NCBI GenBank assembly: GCA_964405835.1
Contig: CAYOPN010000003.1
Location: forward strand, 29,273 to 93,272
Direction: 5' to 3'
From: an uncultured Elusimicrobia bacterium
Lineage (GTDB): Bacteria > Elusimicrobiota > Elusimicrobia > F11
DNA length: 64,000 nt
Shown: in pieces, positions 61,878 to 64,000 of the stretch
Layout of the letters: every line of letters starts with the position of its first letter
Position numbering within the stretch: the stretch's first letter is position 1
Position numbers and translations under genes: made by a program
Notes under the pieces: model-generated
What the model saw: the letters and a program-made list of their open reading frames with translations, nothing else
What the model was told of the DNA's origin: nothing
Database searches by the model: none

Positions 61878-62534
61878 ATGACGCAAACAACCGCAACATT
61901 GCTAAAAGAAGAACAAGCAAAAACGCTGGACACGCCGCGGCGGCGCTACGGGTTTCTCGCAAAATGCCTGTTCGTTGGAATGGACCTCGTCTACGGCCGA
62001 AAGAGGACCCTCTCGAAATTTAAAGTCCTCGAGATCATCGCGCGCGTACCGTACCAGTCGTGGGAGCACGTGGCCTACATTGCGATGACGCACACCTACA
62101 GCAAACCCGAATTCGCGCGCCGCATTTTTGAATTCGTGAAAGAATCGCGCGACCAACAGGACAACGAGCAGTGGCACCTGTTGATTTTGCAGGAACAGAT
62201 CAAGAAGTCTGGCCGCCCGGAAAGTTTTTATCTGCACAAAGCGCTGCCCCAAATCATTGCCTTCCTTTATTACCACGTGAGCTGGCTGCTCTACGTGATC
62301 AAACCCAGCCTCAGTTATTCGTTGAACGCCGACTTCGAGGACCACGCCGAACACGAATATATGGAGTTTGTGCGCGAAAACCCGACGTTTGAATTGGACG
62401 TGTTCGAAAGCGCGTTCGAACAGGACTACGGAAGTTTCGAAAGCATGGCCGATTTCCTGCGCCAGGTCGGACTGGACGAACGGAAACACAAAGAAGAAAG
62501 TTTGCATCGCATCGAGCGCGCGCGGTTCTCATGA
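61878..62534 (+). CDS. Alternative oxidase family (AOX/PTOX-like) diiron carboxylate protein
   Basis: LEIIARVPYQSWEH (LETVA-like), DNEQWHLL (NERMHL-like), EDHAEHEY (LEEEA-H-like), DERKHKEES (RADE-H-like). Start at ATG 61878 with AAGGAA RBS. Confidence 0.65.
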   Translation: MTQTTATLLKEEQAKTLDTPRRRYGFLAKCLFVGMDLVYGRKRTLSKFKVLEIIARVPYQSWEHVAYIAMTHTYSKPEFARRIFEFVKESRDQQDNEQWHLLILQEQIKKSGRPESFYLHKALPQIIAFLYYHVSWLLYVIKPSLSYSLNADFEDHAEHEYMEFVRENPTFELDVFESAFEQDYGSFESMADFLRQVGLDERKHKEESLHRIERARFS

Positions 62535-63952
62535 TCAAACGCGCGCTGATACTCATGACGATGGCTTCACTGGCCGGCGTCATTCCCCTCCACGCCAATA
62601 ATCTCTCGCTGGAAGAATATTTGGCCCGGGTTGGGAATCTTTCTGAAGACCTGCGCGCGATCGACAAAGACATTCAATCGCTGCGCGCTGAAATCGACGC
62701 GCGCGACTTGGAATTGACCGCCACGATCGACGTCGAAGTCAACCGCTTCTGGGACGACCGTCCCACTCTGTCCGCGAATCCGCAAGACGAAGGCCGCCGC
62801 GCCAACGTGGTGTTGGCCAAACCGCTCGCGACCGGCACGCGCTTGAGCTTGTTGGGCGGCGGCGACATCCAAAATTACCGCGCCGCGCCGAACATCGACC
62901 AAAACGAAATGAACTGGGAGTTGGGCGTGTCGCAATCGCTCTGGAACAACAGCTTCGGAAGGCAAACGTCGCTGCGGCGCCGGCGCGACCGCGACGAATT
63001 GCACACGCGTTTCCTGGACCTGACATTTCAACGCCAACAAATCATTATTGATTTTGAAACGCTGTTCTGGGACCTCTCTTACGCGCAACAGGAAGTAAAG
63101 ATCCGCAACGAGAACCTGGTGCGCAGTCGCCGCATTTCCTCCTATATTAAGGACCGCGTGTCACGCTCGGCCGCCGAACGGACCGACATGCTGCAAGCCC
63201 AGTCTTTGGTCTCGGGCCGCGAACTGCAACTGCAGGCCGCGGAAGATAATTTGAGGACGCTCCAAGCCCGGCTCCACGAACTCGTCAATTGGGAAGGCGA
63301 CCTGCTGCCATTGGAAGAAGATATCCGGCGCGACCGCGCGCTGCTCTCGTTGCCGGTGCAGGCCAATTTTGCGCCGCCGGCGCCGATGTTGATTGAAGCG
63401 CTCCGCGCCGAGTCCGACGCCGCCTATCTCGAAAGCCTCGCGAAATACGAAAAGGACCAACTCAAACCCGTGCTGGAGCTTGGGTACGTGTACGGCCAGC
63501 GCGGACTCGACACCTCGTTCTCGACCGCGCGCAGCGAAGCGGGCGATCACGACAACAATTTCCATCAGGTCGGCCTCTTGTTCACGGCGCCGCTCGACTT
63601 TTCCTTGATATCACAAGCGCGCCGCGCCACCGAGGCCCGCGCCGAAGCGCAGAGTTTCCGTTCCAACCGGTCCAATCGCCAGTCTCACGTGCAATGGGCG
63701 GACCTCGAACGGACCACGCTGGAACAAAAAGAGCGCGTGAAAACGGCTGTCGAGTTCGAAAAATTTCAGCAGAGCAAAAGCGCCGAAGAGCGCTCCCGTT
63801 ATCAAAAAGGACGGACGACCGCGTTTCAAGCCATTACGTTCGAGCTTGAGGCCGCTGAAAGCGAGTTGCTCGTTTATCAATTGCTGGCGCAGCTGCGCCG
63901 CACCGAAGCGCGGGCGCGCGCTTATATCCGCAGCTCGGAGGCCGTCCGATGA
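62531..63952 (+). CDS. TolC-like outer membrane efflux protein (OMF family)
   Basis: Signal MIKRALILMTMASLAGVIPLHA; two repeats of coiled-coil-rich OEP-like sequence. Confidence 0.75.
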   Translation: MIKRALILMTMASLAGVIPLHANNLSLEEYLARVGNLSEDLRAIDKDIQSLRAEIDARDLELTATIDVEVNRFWDDRPTLSANPQDEGRRANVVLAKPLATGTRLSLLGGGDIQNYRAAPNIDQNEMNWELGVSQSLWNNSFGRQTSLRRRRDRDELHTRFLDLTFQRQQIIIDFETLFWDLSYAQQEVKIRNENLVRSRRISSYIKDRVSRSAAERTDMLQAQSLVSGRELQLQAAEDNLRTLQARLHELVNWEGDLLPLEEDIRRDRALLSLPVQANFAPPAPMLIEALRAESDAAYLESLAKYEKDQLKPVLELGYVYGQRGLDTSFSTARSEAGDHDNNFHQVGLLFTAPLDFSLISQARRATEARAEAQSFRSNRSNRQSHVQWADLERTTLEQKERVKTAVEFEKFQQSKSAEERSRYQKGRTTAFQAITFELEAAESELLVYQLLAQLRRTEARARAYIRSSEAVR

Positions 63953-63961
63953 ACCTAATGC

Positions 63962-63993
63962 CGTCATTCCCGAATGTCTTAATCGGGAATCCA
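63962..63993. repeat. REP-like hairpin element, singleton with compensatory stem (TTCCCGA/TCGGGAA) and loop ATGTCTTAA
   Basis: cgtcatTCCCGAatgtcttaaTCGGGAAtcca. Confidence 0.6.
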
Positions 63994-64000
63994 GAACATG

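Noticed and set aside
1-64000. CRISPR arrays, rRNA genes, integrase/transposase genes
   Set aside because: None observed. The only short repeats are the palindromic REP-like hairpins, which lack the regular spacer/repeat periodicity of CRISPR.

Overview
High-GC (~60%) Gram-negative-type chromosomal segment with dense, mostly translationally coupled operons; many stop/start overlaps of the ATGA type. No rRNA and no CRISPR array were seen; one tRNA-Leu(CAA) was found. Features from start to end: (1) a partial M48 metallopeptidase and an outer-membrane beta-barrel protein with a C-terminal LysM domain (a paralogue recurs at 26.3-27.8 kb). (2) hldD divergent from a complete arn (4-amino-4-deoxy-L-arabinose lipid A modification) operon arnB-arnC-arnA(FT)-arnA(DH)-arnD-arnT followed by an OmpR-family RR/HK pair; arnA is split into two ORFs, arnC lacks the C-terminal TM anchor, and four phased TTAA(T) half-sites (PmrA-box-like) precede arnB. 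(3) A low-GC GIY-YIG nuclease gene flanked by ~45-bp direct repeats next to tRNA-Leu. (4) An arsR-aquaporin-arsC operon whose perfect 20-bp palindrome overlaps the arsR start. (5) An MBOAT/SGNH-like O-acylation pair divergent from a 1082-aa secreted G8/beta-helix/FN3 protein. (6) ppa, then a long minus-strand run: deacetylase, YdjM hydrolase, metalloprotease, CheY-like RR, panD, PilZ, pseudo-receiver/beta-propeller protein, HK-like ATPase, OMP-LysM. (7) hemH; ABC-2 transporter; znuACB-like metal uptake; dps; OmpA; DUF481 OMP; mscL with a Cys4 tail. (8) A TlpA-ApbE-DUF3570-DUF4266 cluster. (9) A 1152-aa unknown cytoplasmic protein. (10) EamA, cysTWA with a terminator hairpin abutting the RBS, and pirin. 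(11) A leuA-family synthase preceded by a Leu-rich leader peptide plus intrinsic terminator (candidate attenuator). (12) The strongest candidate novel system: a Sec-signal Cys/His/Lys-rich small protein with (H/G)(A/G)CKG repeats followed by an MNIO (DUF692) enzyme, a DUF2063 partner and a coupled lipoprotein esterase, i.e. a bufferin-like RiPP metallophore cluster with an atypical precursor. (13) ppnP, nrdAB, an AOX-like diiron oxidase and a TolC-like OMF. Also noted: a REP/REPIN-like hairpin family (conserved loop ATGTCTTAA, covarying stems, singletons and inverted doublets) and a second GGTCGC-stem hairpin family.
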